DNA of 62,310 nucleotides, counting the filler, from Squatina squatina (lineage: Eukaryota): assembly GCA_031763465.1 (NCBI GenBank). It is 4 parts of 4 records of this genome, joined end to end, with 100 filler letters (N's around TTAATTAATTAA, not from the genome) between each part and the next. Parts side by side here need not be neighbours in the genome. Positions count along the whole stretch, not along the records: positions 49,392 to 62,310 come from JARFOE010000192.1; 3 more parts are not named here. The stretch is one strand, 5' to 3'. Below, piece after piece: positions 49,348 through 61,963 of the stretch (position 1 is the stretch's first letter; every line of letters begins with the position of its first letter). The notes below the pieces were generated by a model. It did no database searches. It saw only the letters and a list, made by a program, of their open reading frames with translations, and was not told the DNA's origin. Both the position numbers and the translations under genes were made by a program.

Positions 49348-52300
49348 NNNNNNNNNNNNNNNNNNNNNNNNNNNNNNNNNNNNNNNNNNNNCCCGCCTTG
49401 CCGGCCCACTCTCTGGCGTGCCGGCAGCTTCGTAAAAATTTTGAAAGCGTACCTGGTGGCCCCGTGGCCCTTGATCTGCTTCTGGCTGCGCAACCCTGCA
49501 GCCCTTGGCTTTAAGGCAGGGGCAGGGCCGCGGCTCGCTATACGCGGTTGCACCTGCAGCATGGCTGCGCAATCAGGATGTGACGTGGCGTTGGCTAGGT
49601 CAGTGGCATGGCGATGCTGATTCAGTGTTGCCACGTTACTTTGGCCCGAAACCCGAACAAAGAGCTCAAGACTGCATCACTGTGCGTCGTCAATGACCCG
49701 GCGCAGATCGGGCTACGGGTTCTCCAATGCTGTGGCCCGTTTGGGTACAGATGAATTGGGGTCCCTAAGGGAAAGCATCAGCAAATGGTGTATGAAATGG
49801 CAGTCCTTGTGCATGTGTTGAAGAAAGTGAAACAGGCTGGTGAACATTTTAATGAGCTTTCCTCCCACAAAAGAACACCGATTCAACTCATTGGATAACC
49901 TATGAACGTGATTATTATAATTGATTTCATCTTTTGGAGAAAGACGAGGTTATGAGTAATTTGTATTGATTTGGATATAACTGTAGCTATATTTGGAATA
50001 ATGACAATGAAGAAGAAATGAGACAGTCTAAATTTCCAGAGCATTAAGCAAGTACAGTGTGTGTCTTAAGAATTTCTTCAAACATATATGCCTGGNNNNN
50101 NNNNNNNNNNNNNNNNNNNNNNNNNNNNNNNNNNNNNNNNNNNNNNNNNNNNNNNNNNNNNNNNNNNNNNNNNNNNNNNNNNNNNNNNNNNNNNNCACCA
50201 ATTATCACCACTACATCTTCCCTTTCCCCATCCCCAAAGCCCTTCACCCACTACCTCCTCTATGGCTGCTCACACCTAGCCCCCTCCCCCCCATCACAGG
50301 TTTCCAAATTTCAAGTCTCTTTTCTAGCACCTAGTTGGGAAATAGGTTTTTAGTTTATTAAAGCACTTATACTATATCTGTATACAGTATAAATGAAGAG
50401 AAGATAATGGTGAAGGTTACATTGGAGGATAGGTCTGTGGCAACACCAGTGATAATGGGCGGGAGGAAAGTTGAAAGCAAAAATGGTGATAACAACAGGT
50501 GGCAGTGGGGGTGAATGCCAACAGGTGCCCCAGACCAGTGAGTCTTGGCATGGAGGACCAAGGTTGGAGTTGATCACATGATCAACTGCAGCCAATCATA
50601 GGAAAGTATAAGCATTAGGTTAGTGCCACAGCATCAGAGTGCATCACGTAGGAAAATTGAAGTGTGACTGTAAATCATGACAGAAAAACACGATGGAAAT
50701 AGGGCAACGTCTATAGGGTGACAAAAAAACGTGGCACAAGCTTGTGAGACAGGAAGCAAGTGTGATACAAATCTTTTAAAATCTGATAAAATTGGTAGCT
50801 AGTTAAAGAGATGACAGATATATACATGTTTCATGTTAGTAGAGGGGATTTTAAAGCTTACTTAAGTTGCATTATAACAAATATTCTAGAAGAATCTTGG
50901 GAAAAGTAGGACATTCTGACGAGCTGAATATTAACAGTTTAAAGAATTTGCACGATACACATATATGTATACAATATATGAGGTGCATGTTAATAGTTTC
51001 TGAACAAAATTTGATGCATGCAAGCTACTCTCATGGATTATTACAATAGAACCATAAGAATAAGCTGAAATAGTCCTTCACAGAAATATGTTGGGTCTCA
51101 GGTGCAGTGTTAACATAGATATATTCAAAATAACAAAGTTTGTCCTTACTTTGTTGAGACTACCAATTTAACAAAAGCAAAATATGTAATCAGAGTGAAA
51201 ATATAATCAATCAACAGAATAGAATGTTTTGTACTTCTGCATATTTTAGCATCTAGAATAGCCATGGGGACTAGTCATCCAAAAGCACAGAATAATTAGG
51301 ACAAAGAAACAACTCTGGCGCAATATTAATGAGTACACAATGATCATTTTTCAAGTCTATGTACAGTGTAGTAGTTTTATTTAATAATTCAATGGTAATT
51401 ACCGCTGAAAAGTTACAAAAGTATCTGATCTTATTCATGAGAATCCTACCAGAGGATAGAGGATAACCTNNNNNNNNNNNNNNNNNNNNNNNNNNNNNNN
51501 NNNNNNNNNNNNNNNNNNNNNNNNNNNNNNNNNNNNNNNNNNNNNNNNNNNNNNNNNNNNNNNNNNNNNGACATGTACCTTGATTTTTTTTTATTATTTG
51601 CTGAACTAATGCTCACTGGAAACAATGGAATCTCCTTTAATGCTTCCTTTTATTGTAGAAAATTGTCTCCTGCACATCCTTTGAAGCCAGTAAAATAGCA
51701 CCTTCTTGTTTCTATTTTATAACTTTGAAAACCATGCAGTCTTGATTGTGGATAATGGATGATAAAATGGATGCACAGGCCGTTTCTTTACCAGCCGCTT
51801 CCTTTGAATTGTTATCATGAAGTTGCTATCTAGCAATATATGCAGAAGTGCTTTAATACTTCAAGGTTCAAACAACTGAAGACCTGTGTTCTTTTATCAA
51901 TAGAATTTTTATGAGGAAAAGATGTTTCATGTAGTGAATAAATGAGAGCTGGCTATGCTTGCAGCCGTAATAATTATCATAAGCTAATTTGCTCTTTGCA
52001 AAATATTTTTTGGGAGACTAAGCACAAGTACAGTATATCATGCCATTCTTAATGGCTCATCAATTTATGATGCTCCATTCTAATCTCTTTTATAATCCAC
52101 TCTGGAAATGCTACATATTTCATTTTAGCTCACAATGATCATTGATTTGTCAATCAACTGACTTGACCGCTTTCAAATGTGGTGACCTTGAAGAAATGAT
52201 GTGCGTCACATAAGACAGACTTTGTTGGCAGTGATGTCCATTTTACTCTTCTTTGCACTAACATAGTGCAGTCATTTGCAGATCATTATACAAAATAGCA

Positions 52301-52690
52301 CTGGCAATAATTATGACAGTTGAAGCATGCAATCATTATTCCACACGCTGTTGTATACTGTTAAACTTATTTATTAAAATTTGTAGGGCCGTAATAAACT
52401 ATTTGGGGCTGATTTTCGGAATGCACACTTATGGTGCGGAATCTCATTCATCAGAAACATATATCACAGGAGCATAGGAACAGGAGTCGGCCATTCAGCC
52501 TCTCAAGTCTATTCTGTCACTCTATTAAAGCAGGCTGGTCTGTACCTCAACTCCGTTTACCTGCCTTTGATCCATATGTCTTTATACACTNNNNNNNNNN
52601 NNNNNNNNNNNNNNNNNNNNNNNNNNNNNNNNNNNNNNNNNNNNNNNNNNNNNNNNNNNNNNNNNNNNNNNNNNNNNNNNNNNNNNNNNN

Positions 52691-53334
52691 ATATTCCTGG
52701 TTATAAGATGTTCAGGAAAGATAGGGAAGGAAAGATAGGAGGTGGTGTGGCAATATTGGTTAAGAAGAATGTTACAGTGCTGGGAAGAGAGGATTTCCTG
52801 GAGGGGTCATGAACAGAGTCTATATGGCTAGAGTTATGAAATAATAGAGGTGCCTTTACGCTACTAGGTGTATTCTATAGACCAACAAATAGTGGGAAAG
52901 ATATGGAGGAGCAAATTTGCAGACAAATTAGAGAGAGGTACAAGAGCTATCAGGTAGTAATAATGGGGGACTTCAACTATCCTAATATAGACTGGGATCG
53001 TAANNNNNNNNNNAGGCAGAGAAGTGGAAGAATTTCTGAAGCGTGTTCAAGAGAACTTCCTTGATCAGTATATTCCCGGATCGATGAGGGAGGAGGCATT
53101 GTTGGATCTGGTTCTGGGAAATGAGTTAGGTCAAGTGGAGCAAGTGTCAGTCGGTAAACGTTTAGGGAACAGTGATCATATATTCATAAGGTTTAGATTA
53201 GCTATGGAAAAGGGCAGGGAGCTATCTAGAGTAAAAATGTTTAAGAGGGGGAAGGCCAATTTCAGTGGGATGAGAAAAGATCTAGCCCAGGTAAACTGAA
53301 ATCAAAAATTGGCAGGCAAAACTGTCGTGGAACA
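52691..53334 (+). mobile_element. CR1 LINE APE endonuclease fragment
   Basis: IPGYKMFRKDREGKIGGGVAILVK, LGVFYRPTNS, VVIMGDFNYPNIDW, EALLDLVLGNE, LGNSDH. Confidence 0.92.
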
Positions 53335-53434
53335 NNNNNNNNNNNNNNNNNNNNNNNNNNNNNNNNNNNNNNNNNNNNNNNNNNNNNNNNNNNNNNNNNN
53401 NNNNNNNNNNNNNNNNNNNNNNNNNNNNNNNNNN

Positions 53435-53621
53435 CCACCTCCAAACCTCTCCGCCTCTCCTCCTTTAAGGCGCTTCTTAAAACCTACCTCTTTGACCAAG
53501 CTTCTGGTCACCTGTCCTAATATCTCCTTATGTGGCTCGGTGTTAAATTTTGTTTGATTACGCTCCTGTGAAGTGCCTTGGAAGCTACGTTAAAGGTGCA
53601 ATATACATGCAAGTTGTTGCT
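53435..53621 (+). mobile_element. L2 LINE 3' end
   Basis: cttaaaacctacctctttgaccaagct...gtgaagtgccttgg...gttaaaggtgcaatatacatgcaagttgttg. Confidence 0.85.
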
Positions 53622-56261
53622 GGAGGTCTCCCAGTGAGGATGGGAGCAGACTCAGCTGCTGATATCCTCCTCAGTCAGATAGGCTCCCGATATCACATCA
53701 CATCAAAGCTCATACATGAAACCTGGCCACTTCACAAGGAACTGGAATGTGACTGGTGCTCATGGAGCCGTGCCTGAGCATGAGTCAGTACCTTTAGGGG
53801 AGAACAGGGGAAAGAGACATGTGCAGAACGGTAATTTTCTTATTGTGCGTGCTTTTAAAACACACACGCTGACTTCATTTTCAGTGATCAGTAGTAAGAC
53901 AATAATATTGTCCTAAGAAAATTTAGTATTAACAAGTGAAGATGTTAACCACTAATGGTCATTTAATATTATAGAACAAGCTAGCAGTGTGTTCAGCTTT
54001 AATTTAGCTGGGACAGCAAACACGTCGAATAGTTTTGACTCTACTATGTAATTAAAGGGCTTAATGATGACAAGACCTCATTCTCTTGTCAGTCATGCAT
54101 TGGAATTTTCTTGACATCAGTGGACATTAACACCGTTCAATCATCTGGTGTAATTTAGTGCTCCTTTAATGCATCATTTTTAATTTATCCAGAATTTAAA
54201 AAAGTCATCCATCCTTGACTTATTCAAGGTCTCCAAATTAAATGCTTGTTTGATTGGGGCAAACAATTGAAGAAATAAATCCCTTCATAAAGGCAAACAA
54301 TATTATTTAATCCTGTGAGCACATTATCAGAAGGATAATAGCTTTCAGTTAATGCCTTTTCACAGCCGCTGACAAATGAACAAATTAACTAGGGGGCATA
54401 GTCTCAGAATNNNNNNNNNNNNNNNNNNNNNNNNNNNNNNNNNNNNNNNNNNNNNNNNNNNNNNNNNNNNNNNNNNNNNNNNNNNNNNNNNNNNNNNNNN
54501 NNNNNNNNNNTTAACTTACAATTTTTGAAATAGTTTATTCTACTTAAATTTCTGTTTATTTATAAGTGCTTCTTGTATGAGTCAAAAAAGAGCAGTTGAG
54601 ATTTCACCACCATTTGCAAGAACGATTTCCAGTAAAAGTTGCATTTCATGAGGTGACAAGACAAGGATTTTCTTCCTTTCTTTTAAAAACAAAAAACTTA
54701 CTTATTGGATGCCACCTGCAGATGCTTAAAGCAGGTACAATATTATCAATGTCAACACTCTGTTACTGCAGCACAAGCCTTCTGGAGTGTGCAATCTCAG
54801 CCAGTTACTTCACCGGTCACACTGGCGAATAGGTCTCTGAATCAGTCCTGCATCTCACTAGATCAGTTGGATAAAGTCTTAAAAATACAACACACGATAG
54901 GCAGGAATCAGGTTCCAACGCTTTTACTTTTTTTTCTCATCACTAAGTAATTAATAATTAGTCCGTCTGAGCACCTAGAATTGGAAAGTATTTTTTTTAA
55001 AGCATATCATTAGGCTGACAAAATGCTGCGTAGGTGTAAATGAGTCACTTTTGATATAATAGTCAGGAAATAATAGAAAAAAGCGAAACCTGTATTTAAT
55101 GCCTGTAAATGAGACTCTGCAGTGTTAATTATAGCCGACATGCTCATGACACCTTACTCATTTGTTCCCGAGAGCCGGCCACCTTTTTGTTCCTGATTAG
55201 CTGTGACAGGCTTCTGACAGGTTACGGTCTAGGACGATTTGCAACACAGCAACAGAGTTAGNNNNNNNNNNNNNNNNNNNNNNNNNNNNNNNNNNNNNNN
55301 NNNNNNNNNNNNNNNNNNNNNNNNNNNNNNNNNNNNNNNNNNNNNNNNNNNNNNNNNNNNNGGACGTGGGCTCTATTCCCTGGTTGCACATCCTTCTATC
55401 TTCTCTCCCTCTTATCTTCAAAGCTTATATTTCAACCATTTAATCTTTATCAATTTTTTTTCCTGCTTTTATTCAGTTTGTGCCCACCTCATTGGTCCCC
55501 TGTGGAGCTTCACAGCCTTCTCCAACTACACGGCGCTTAAAAACTGCAGTGGCACAGATTTTGTGTTGAGTTTTCGTTACATCCCCTATTACCCCTCTCA
55601 TTTCATACTGAGACAGACAATTTATATAAAAGGCTTTCCTCTACTTTCATCAAACCGAGGTTGCAGGCCTATTTCGTAACATTAATTCTCTCCCTCTCGA
55701 ACCGCCACATCAATTCTGCACTTTATAAACTATTTCAGGCATCCGATTTATCAGCCTTGACAGAGCCTCACAGAGAAATAAACAGCACTGCTGTGGCCTA
55801 GATCACTCAGTAGTCCTATTTATCATTATTTAATTCAGAGTCCTAAAATTCTTTGGCATCATTAATAGNNNNNNNNNNNNNNNNNNNNNNNNNNNNNNNN
55901 NNNNNNNNNNNNNNNNNNNNNNNNNNNNNNNNNNNNNNNNNNNNNNNNNNNNNNNNNNNNNNNNNNNNGGATGAATGATGATGTAAAATGATCTTTTTTA
56001 TTAAGTACTTACTTTCTCCTCATTTCAAGATCTCACCTCACCACGCAAGCCCTGACTGGGGAATCACCTATAGCATCTTCCTCTATGGTCAGAGCACAGG
56101 GAGAAAAGTCAGATAAAGTGGATAACCAAGTTCGCCTGGTTTCCCTTCCATTAGTTTAACCGCCCATTATGGGTGTGCAATCGATCCCGCCTGATCTGGC
56201 TTTCAGTGACCCACCCAGGAAATGCTTTATGCTCGGGCGGTACAAATTTGTGTCTTCTTCT

Positions 56262-56690
56262 GGTGCAAGTTGCATTTATACAGGGCCTTTTAACTTGTGA
56301 AATGTTCCAAGCCACATTGTACACGGAAGTCGACAGAGAAACAGATCCCAAGCCATGGAGGGAGAGATTAGGAGGGATAAGCAAAAACCTGCCAACAAAA
56401 TAAAAATGGCAGGTTTGAGAAGGAGGAGAGAGAAATGAAGAAACAAAGGGATTCAGTTAAGGAGTTTCAGAGAATGGGCCTAAGGTGACTGAAGACCCTG
56501 TTCTCAACAGTGAGACCAAGGTGGGTGGGGGTGGTGGCACAACAGTCAGAGTCTGAGGACTGAGCGGGGTGAGTGGGATGTAAAACTGGAGGAGTTTGTA
56601 GAGATAGGGTGGGGCAAGGCTGTGGAGCATTTGAAGATAAGGATAAGGAGTTTAAATTTTAATATGTTGGGGGAGAAGAAGCCAATGTAG
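56262..56690 (-). mobile_element. Older diverged L2 LINE 3' fragment
   Basis: Minus translation LKFKLLILIFKCSTALPHPIS. The tail resembles 23925-24030. Confidence 0.6.
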
Positions 56691-57658
56691 TATCGTAAAA
56701 GTCTGTGCACACCCCCATCGAAGTGAATGGACAGAAAATCGTGGAGGACAAACAGGCACACAAATAAAAAACAGCTAATCACCTTTCGAACACACTGATC
56801 CGAGGTACAAACAGATACTTTTAATATTTTTTAACATTTACGGAATTTAATGTGTTAAGGACTAGGTAATGCATTATATTAGAAAACAATCATTATCCTT
56901 TGGGAATCAAGTTGAAGCTCAAATTAAATCAGTTCGCTATTTCATTGCAGTCCCAAGTGGGCAAGAATTTGCACAATAAAACAGCCCCAAATTCAACTCT
57001 AATTGTCTCAAATTGAGAATCAACATTATTGCTTTGAGAGTCTTCATGGATATAAAATTTCTAACAAATTGATGGCTAGGTACACACTGGGATTAAGCAG
57101 ACAGCCTTTTATCTACTTGAACAAAGCATGATTTACATCTGGTCCTTCTCATCGCTTGCCTGGAATATTCACTTAGAGCAAGAATTAGTCAAATATTTCA
57201 TTCATCAGCTCGATCACGTTTCACATTAAGCAGAGTGACTCACAGTCATTGGGACGTTGAGTATTGACTAAAAGGTTGGTCTCACTATCGGTACCCCCTT
57301 TGAAAAATTAAGCAGTTATGGTTTATTTTTTTTTAATGCCTTTCTTACTTTTAAGGGGTTTGTGTTTGAGCAAGCAGTGAAGCAGATGTCTCCGGCAGGG
57401 TAAATTACTTTCAAGTAGTTGTTGAGCCCAACAGTGCAGAGGAACCGACTGAATAGTCACTAACAGTGTGATTTAGCCTTTGCACCATGCCTGATAACTC
57501 AGCTGTCAGCTGTAGGGTAATCCAGTTAATCTGCTCCGCCTGCCAATTATGTCACCAGCACATCCTAGGGAAAGTTTTGTTTTTTGATCAGCGTTATGGT
57601 TCAGGCTATTAATATATGTTTTTCTTTGTCAGTGATTATGCAGCCCTTCCTATGAGTG

Positions 57659-57751
57659 GATCTCGTCCTTCATGATCAGAAAGTGTACTTCTTAAGAGAT
57701 CTTGTCCTTCATGATCAGAAAGTGTACTTCTTAAGAGATCTTGCCCTTCAT
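57659..57751. repeat. Tandem duplication, about 2.4 copies of a 39-bp unit
   Basis: Unit gatcttgtccttcatgatcagaaagtgtacttcttaaga starts at 57659, 57698 and (partially) 57737. Confidence 0.95.
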
Positions 57752-57866
57752 AGAGGTTGCACGGCACAAGCCTAATAATGATTCTAAGCATATTGGAATA
57801 CGGGTAGCGTGAGCTACGTTCCCACTTCTCCGTGGAATGGCAGGCTATCACTGCATGGTTCACAAT

Positions 57867-58256
57867 CACATAAATCTAGGCTGACACTCCAGTGTAGTAC
57901 AGAGGGAGCGCAGCACTGTGGGAGGTGTCGTCTTTTGGATGAGATTTTAAACCAAGGCCTCATCTACTCTCAGGTAGACATAAAAGATCCCATGGCACTA
58001 TTTCAAAGAAGATCAGGGGAGTTCTCCCCGGTGTCCTGGCCAATATTTATCCCTCAATCAACATCACAAAAACGGATTATCTGAGGTCATTGTCACATTT
58101 TGTGGGAGCTTGCTGTGCGCAAATTGGCTGACATATTTCCCACATTACAACAGTGACTACACTTTAAAAAGTACTTCATTGGCTGTAAAGCGCTTTGAGA
58201 TGTCCAGTGGTCATGAAAGGCACTGTATAAATGGAAGTCTTTCTTTTCTTTTTTCT
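57867..58256 (+). mobile_element. SacSINE1-like DeuSINE, 5' head degraded
   Basis: Deu-domain-like ggatgagattttaaaccaaggcc...taaaagatcccatggcact...ccccggtgtcctggccaa, then an L2-type tail ending ..tataaatggaagtctttcttt. Confidence 0.75.
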
Positions 58257-58376
58257 AACAGTTGCAGGCCAAAAACCGATGACAATGTTTATTTACAAAT
58301 TATATAACGTCTACACAGATGGTTAAAAACGAAGAAAAATACTTCAGTTGCAAGGCAATAATGCTGNNNNNNNNNN

Positions 58377-58502
58377 GTGCAGCTGTGCAATGGTCTGGAG
58401 GTCCTGCGCAGGGCACTCACCGGCATGTGCAAATAATTTGAAAGGGCCGCACAACCAGTTAAAGGGACCGCACACAAGAAAAAAGGATTAGAGGGAACAA
58501 TG
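58377..58502. mobile_element. hAT-type MITE, right part
   Basis: Ends in ttagagggaacaatg (TIR of CA.TGTTCCCTCTAA type). The left end is lost at a 10-N gap. Confidence 0.5.
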
Positions 58503-60273
58503 TGCTCAGCTCATGATTTCCCAGGATGTCCTTCCTGGGAGTGCTGTTCCCCACTGGGTGTGCCCGATCATAGAACCACCCTTAGAATTTCTAGTAAACC
58601 AGCTATTAGCTCTCCATGGTTTTCTCCAATCCTCTCCTGCTCAAAGAGTGGNNNNNNNNNNNNNNNNNNNNNNNNNNNNNNNNNNNNNNNNNNNNNNNNN
58701 NNNNNNNNNNNNNNNNNNNNNNNNNNNNNNNNNNNNNNNNNNNNNNNNNNNCTATTGAAATTCAAAGAGAAAAAAATTGAATGAAACTGATCTATCTAGT
58801 GTTGCTGTTGATTACAATTCAGGGTGCAATACAGATGTACCAAAGGAAGGAATATGTAATACTAATTCATAGTGAAACTCCATCCTAAGGCACCAATTAT
58901 AATCATAGGTGATCCAAGCTATATATTTTCAGGAATTGAAAGTAGGTGCTGATTCCCTTTCCCTTCCAGCTTCCTGTGTATTATGAAATAGTTCAGTCAG
59001 TTACCACTGTGTATATTATGCAAAGTTAATCTGACTAGCGCGTGGATTTGGGAGGTTGGTACCGTATATCGTGCTTAACAACCCTTTCAGTGGCTGCACT
59101 GATTTGCAAAAATACCCATTCTGACAATATTTCAGCAGAGGTAATGGTCGGACCACAAGATTACCNNNNNNNNNNGTTTATTGGAGAAGGGTGTTTCGGT
59201 GCTAAGGACACTTTTAGTGGTATTGCCAGAGTCTGCATTTGCCCACGATGTTTACATTAATGTCAGAATCTGGAGTTAGTTTCCGATGCCCGTCACAAGT
59301 CAGCGTGCAGCACAAATGCGACAGTAATTCATCTATTGCTGAAACACAGCAAATATACTGAAGCAATAAAGCACATGACTGATGTGAGGTCAAAATATTA
59401 CCAACTTTCCTGGTAATGAATTATACAGGCCTCACAGATATAATTTCTATAAGACCATTTACCTGCCACATTATATAATTTGTTTCAGATGTAAGTGATT
59501 TTGTTCTTTTCTCTCTAAAATCTCTTATTTTCATTACTGATCAAGAACTTCTTCAGAANNNNNNNNNNNNNNNNNNNNNNNNNNNNNNNNNNNNNNNNNN
59601 NNNNNNNNNNNNNNNNNNNNNNNNNNNNNNNNNNNNNNNNNNNNNNNNNNNNNNNNNNGTGCATGATTATGTTAAGTGAACGCTTAGTGTTGAAATGTTT
59701 GGACATTTCAAAATTCTGTGCAACAAAGATGTAGATGTGTTTTCTAATTTATTTGGAATCTAAATTGGTGAAATGAGGAACACTATAGAACATCTCCCAG
59801 TTCTTATTTCCTCTGGTCTCTAATTTGTAAAGTTTTGATGGAGTTTGGCTAGGTTTTTGGGTTTATCTGCCAGAAGCAGGGTTAGCTCACTAAGCCCATA
59901 CAAATGAATGTCTTCCTGAAAACTTAATTTGAGCAGCAGCTGCATTTAGCTTTTCCGAAGGTGAAGCTAACTGTTTCTACTCTGCGGACAACTATCTCCT
60001 GAGTGCCTCTGCATTTAATATTGAATCCAAACTTTGTGAAAGTAATCTTGCTGTCCTCAATGAGCCAACTGCAGTAATGCCTATAAGTTACATGTGCTTT
60101 TGACACGAGAGACTTGCAATGCTAATGGTAACCCTGGGAATGTTATCTGCATGTTGAGTGAAATGAGGAAATTATTTTAAACCATAAGGCACTGCCTTTC
60201 ATTTTTTTTTGCTTGTTTTATTACTGAAAGCAAATTCAGTGATGCTGATGTCTGATTTCACTTGTTACCATAG

Positions 60274-60347
60274 GTATGAATGCTGCTGTCCGTGCTGTGG
60301 TGCGTATGGGAATTTATGTTGGAACCAAAGTCTATTTCATCCATGAG
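60274..60347 (+). CDS. PFKP: ATP-dependent 6-phosphofructokinase, platelet type-like, exon 2 equivalent (74 nt)
   Basis: ccatag|GTATGAAT...CATGAG|gtttgt encodes (G)[24 protein letters not shown]. Confidence 0.92.
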
Positions 60348-60539
60348 GTTTGTTTATGCTCTTTAAATCTGTCATTTATTTTGAGTTATAACTAACACAA
60401 AATCAGGCGATAAGTGGTGGCTTCACATTTTCAATTCTAATCATACTCTTCCCTTTTTTTCTTTTAATCAAACAGTTGCTGTCTCAAAATGGTTAAGACA
60501 ATTGTCAAAATGTGCCTGAAGCTGTTGGGATTCATGTAA

Positions 60540-60835
60540 CCTAATGGCATTAAGAATACTGATGAGGTTATCAGTGCTCATTGTTATGGAGTAAGTCGGA
60601 CAGCAACTTCTGGAGTCTGGACATGCGCAATTAAACATGGAAATCCAGAAGTTGCTGTCCGAGTTGCCCTGCTGCTCCACTAGCTTCACTAAACCGGTAC
60701 CTCACTGAGAGATTCAGCTTTAAAATGCATGAATGACGTGAAGTTACTGTACTTACCCACTAGTTACACTAAACATGCCAGAAAAAGTTAGCACTAGTGC
60801 ATTCAGGTGTAAGTGAATTTTTAATGGTGTGATAA
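60540..60835. mobile_element. Non-autonomous Harbinger-like element fragment with a 19-bp perfect hairpin
   Basis: tcggacagcaacttctgga (60596-60614) pairs with tccagaagttgctgtccga (60644-60662). Homologous to 9770-10173. Confidence 0.7.
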
Positions 60836-61040
60836 NNNNNNNNNNNNNNNNNNNNNNNNNNNNNNNNNNNNNNNNNNNNNNNNNNNNNNNNNNNNNNNNN
60901 NNNNNNNNNNNNNNNNNNNNNNNNNNNNNNNNNNNCAAGTCAGCACCTTCAAACACCCTCTCTCGCCAATGTTTATGTAACAAAATCTATTCTTGTCTCT
61001 GCTGGATTTAAAAAAAAAAAAAAAATATTTCAGTAAATAT

Positions 61041-61252
61041 GGTCTCAAAATTCCGTAGCCTTCCGGGCTGGGGCTTTTATTGGCTGGCCTGGAAGTACCG
61101 CTCCCGATGCCGAATTTGGCTTATCGTCCCGGAAATTAAGTGGAGCGGTGTCGATGATGCTGCGCACCGACCTGGGGCAGTAATAATTTACCATCCGGTT
61201 AGCACCCCTCAGAGGTGGTAACGGGACTAAAACGCCAGCCAATTTCTAGCCC
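61041..61252. mobile_element. GC-rich Harbinger-type MITE
   Basis: Termini ggtctcaaaatt ... aatttctagccc with a CpG-rich interior. Confidence 0.5.
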
Positions 61253-61587
61253 ATTGAATCCACATGTAAGAGCTTAAATCAGTGTCACCCATTTCTCAAA
61301 GGGAAACAGAGCAGTGCTTTTGGTGTATTTGCTTTTTGCTGGTGGGAGACAACATTCACGCCCACCTCGCATGTTTGTATGGAAAATAGAACATTACCTT
61401 TTTATTACACTGGCCATAAAATTTTATTTTATAAAAGCCAAAACATTTTTTAAAAATCTTGCTATATACATAATAATAACAATCTTCAGGCCTGTACACT
61501 GCAGGTTGTTGCAAGTTGTGGAAGTAGATGTGAGCGAGAAGCTACAAAGTAGTTAATACTGTTAACTCTTTCAACATTCTTTTGCAG

Positions 61588-61632
61588 CCATCAGAGGACA
61601 TTCGTGCTGGAGGTGATGGGTAGACATTGTGG
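61588..61632 (+). CDS. PFKP: PFK exon 6 equivalent (45 nt)
   Basis: ttttgcag|CCATCAG...TGTGG|gtgagc encodes (S)HQRTFVLEVMGRHC(G), which includes the MGR substrate-binding motif. Confidence 0.95.
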
Positions 61633-61760
61633 GTGAGCAAACATTGTACTTGTTTGTAACATTTGATTTTAATAGTTTTCAGTTCAACATGATTGAAGCA
61701 ATTTGAAAATATTCTTTTAAAAAGTCACTTGAAACATAATGAAATATGTCATGCTTTTAG

Positions 61761-61869
61761 GTATCTAGCTCTAGTAAGTGCCTTGGCCTGTGGTGCGGAC
61801 TGGGTCTTCATCCCTGAATGTCCTCCAGGAGATGGCTGGGAGGATCAGATGTGTCAGAAACTCTCGGAG
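61761..61869 (+). CDS. PFKP: PFK exon 7 equivalent (109 nt)
   Basis: cttttag|GTATCTA...TCGGAG|gtaaaa encodes [36 protein letters not shown], closest to PFKP. Confidence 0.93.
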
Positions 61870-61963
61870 GTAAAACACTATAGAGTGAGGCATGACGTTA
61901 CTGATTTTGTAAAACTAAGTTCAATAGAGCATTTCAAAAATCAGGACCTTGTAGAAACACCTG

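Noticed and set aside
47373-60274. Divergent PPP2R3A-PFKP gene pair or shared promoter
   Set aside because: A synthetic spacer at 49292-49391 separates them, so adjacency is unsupported.
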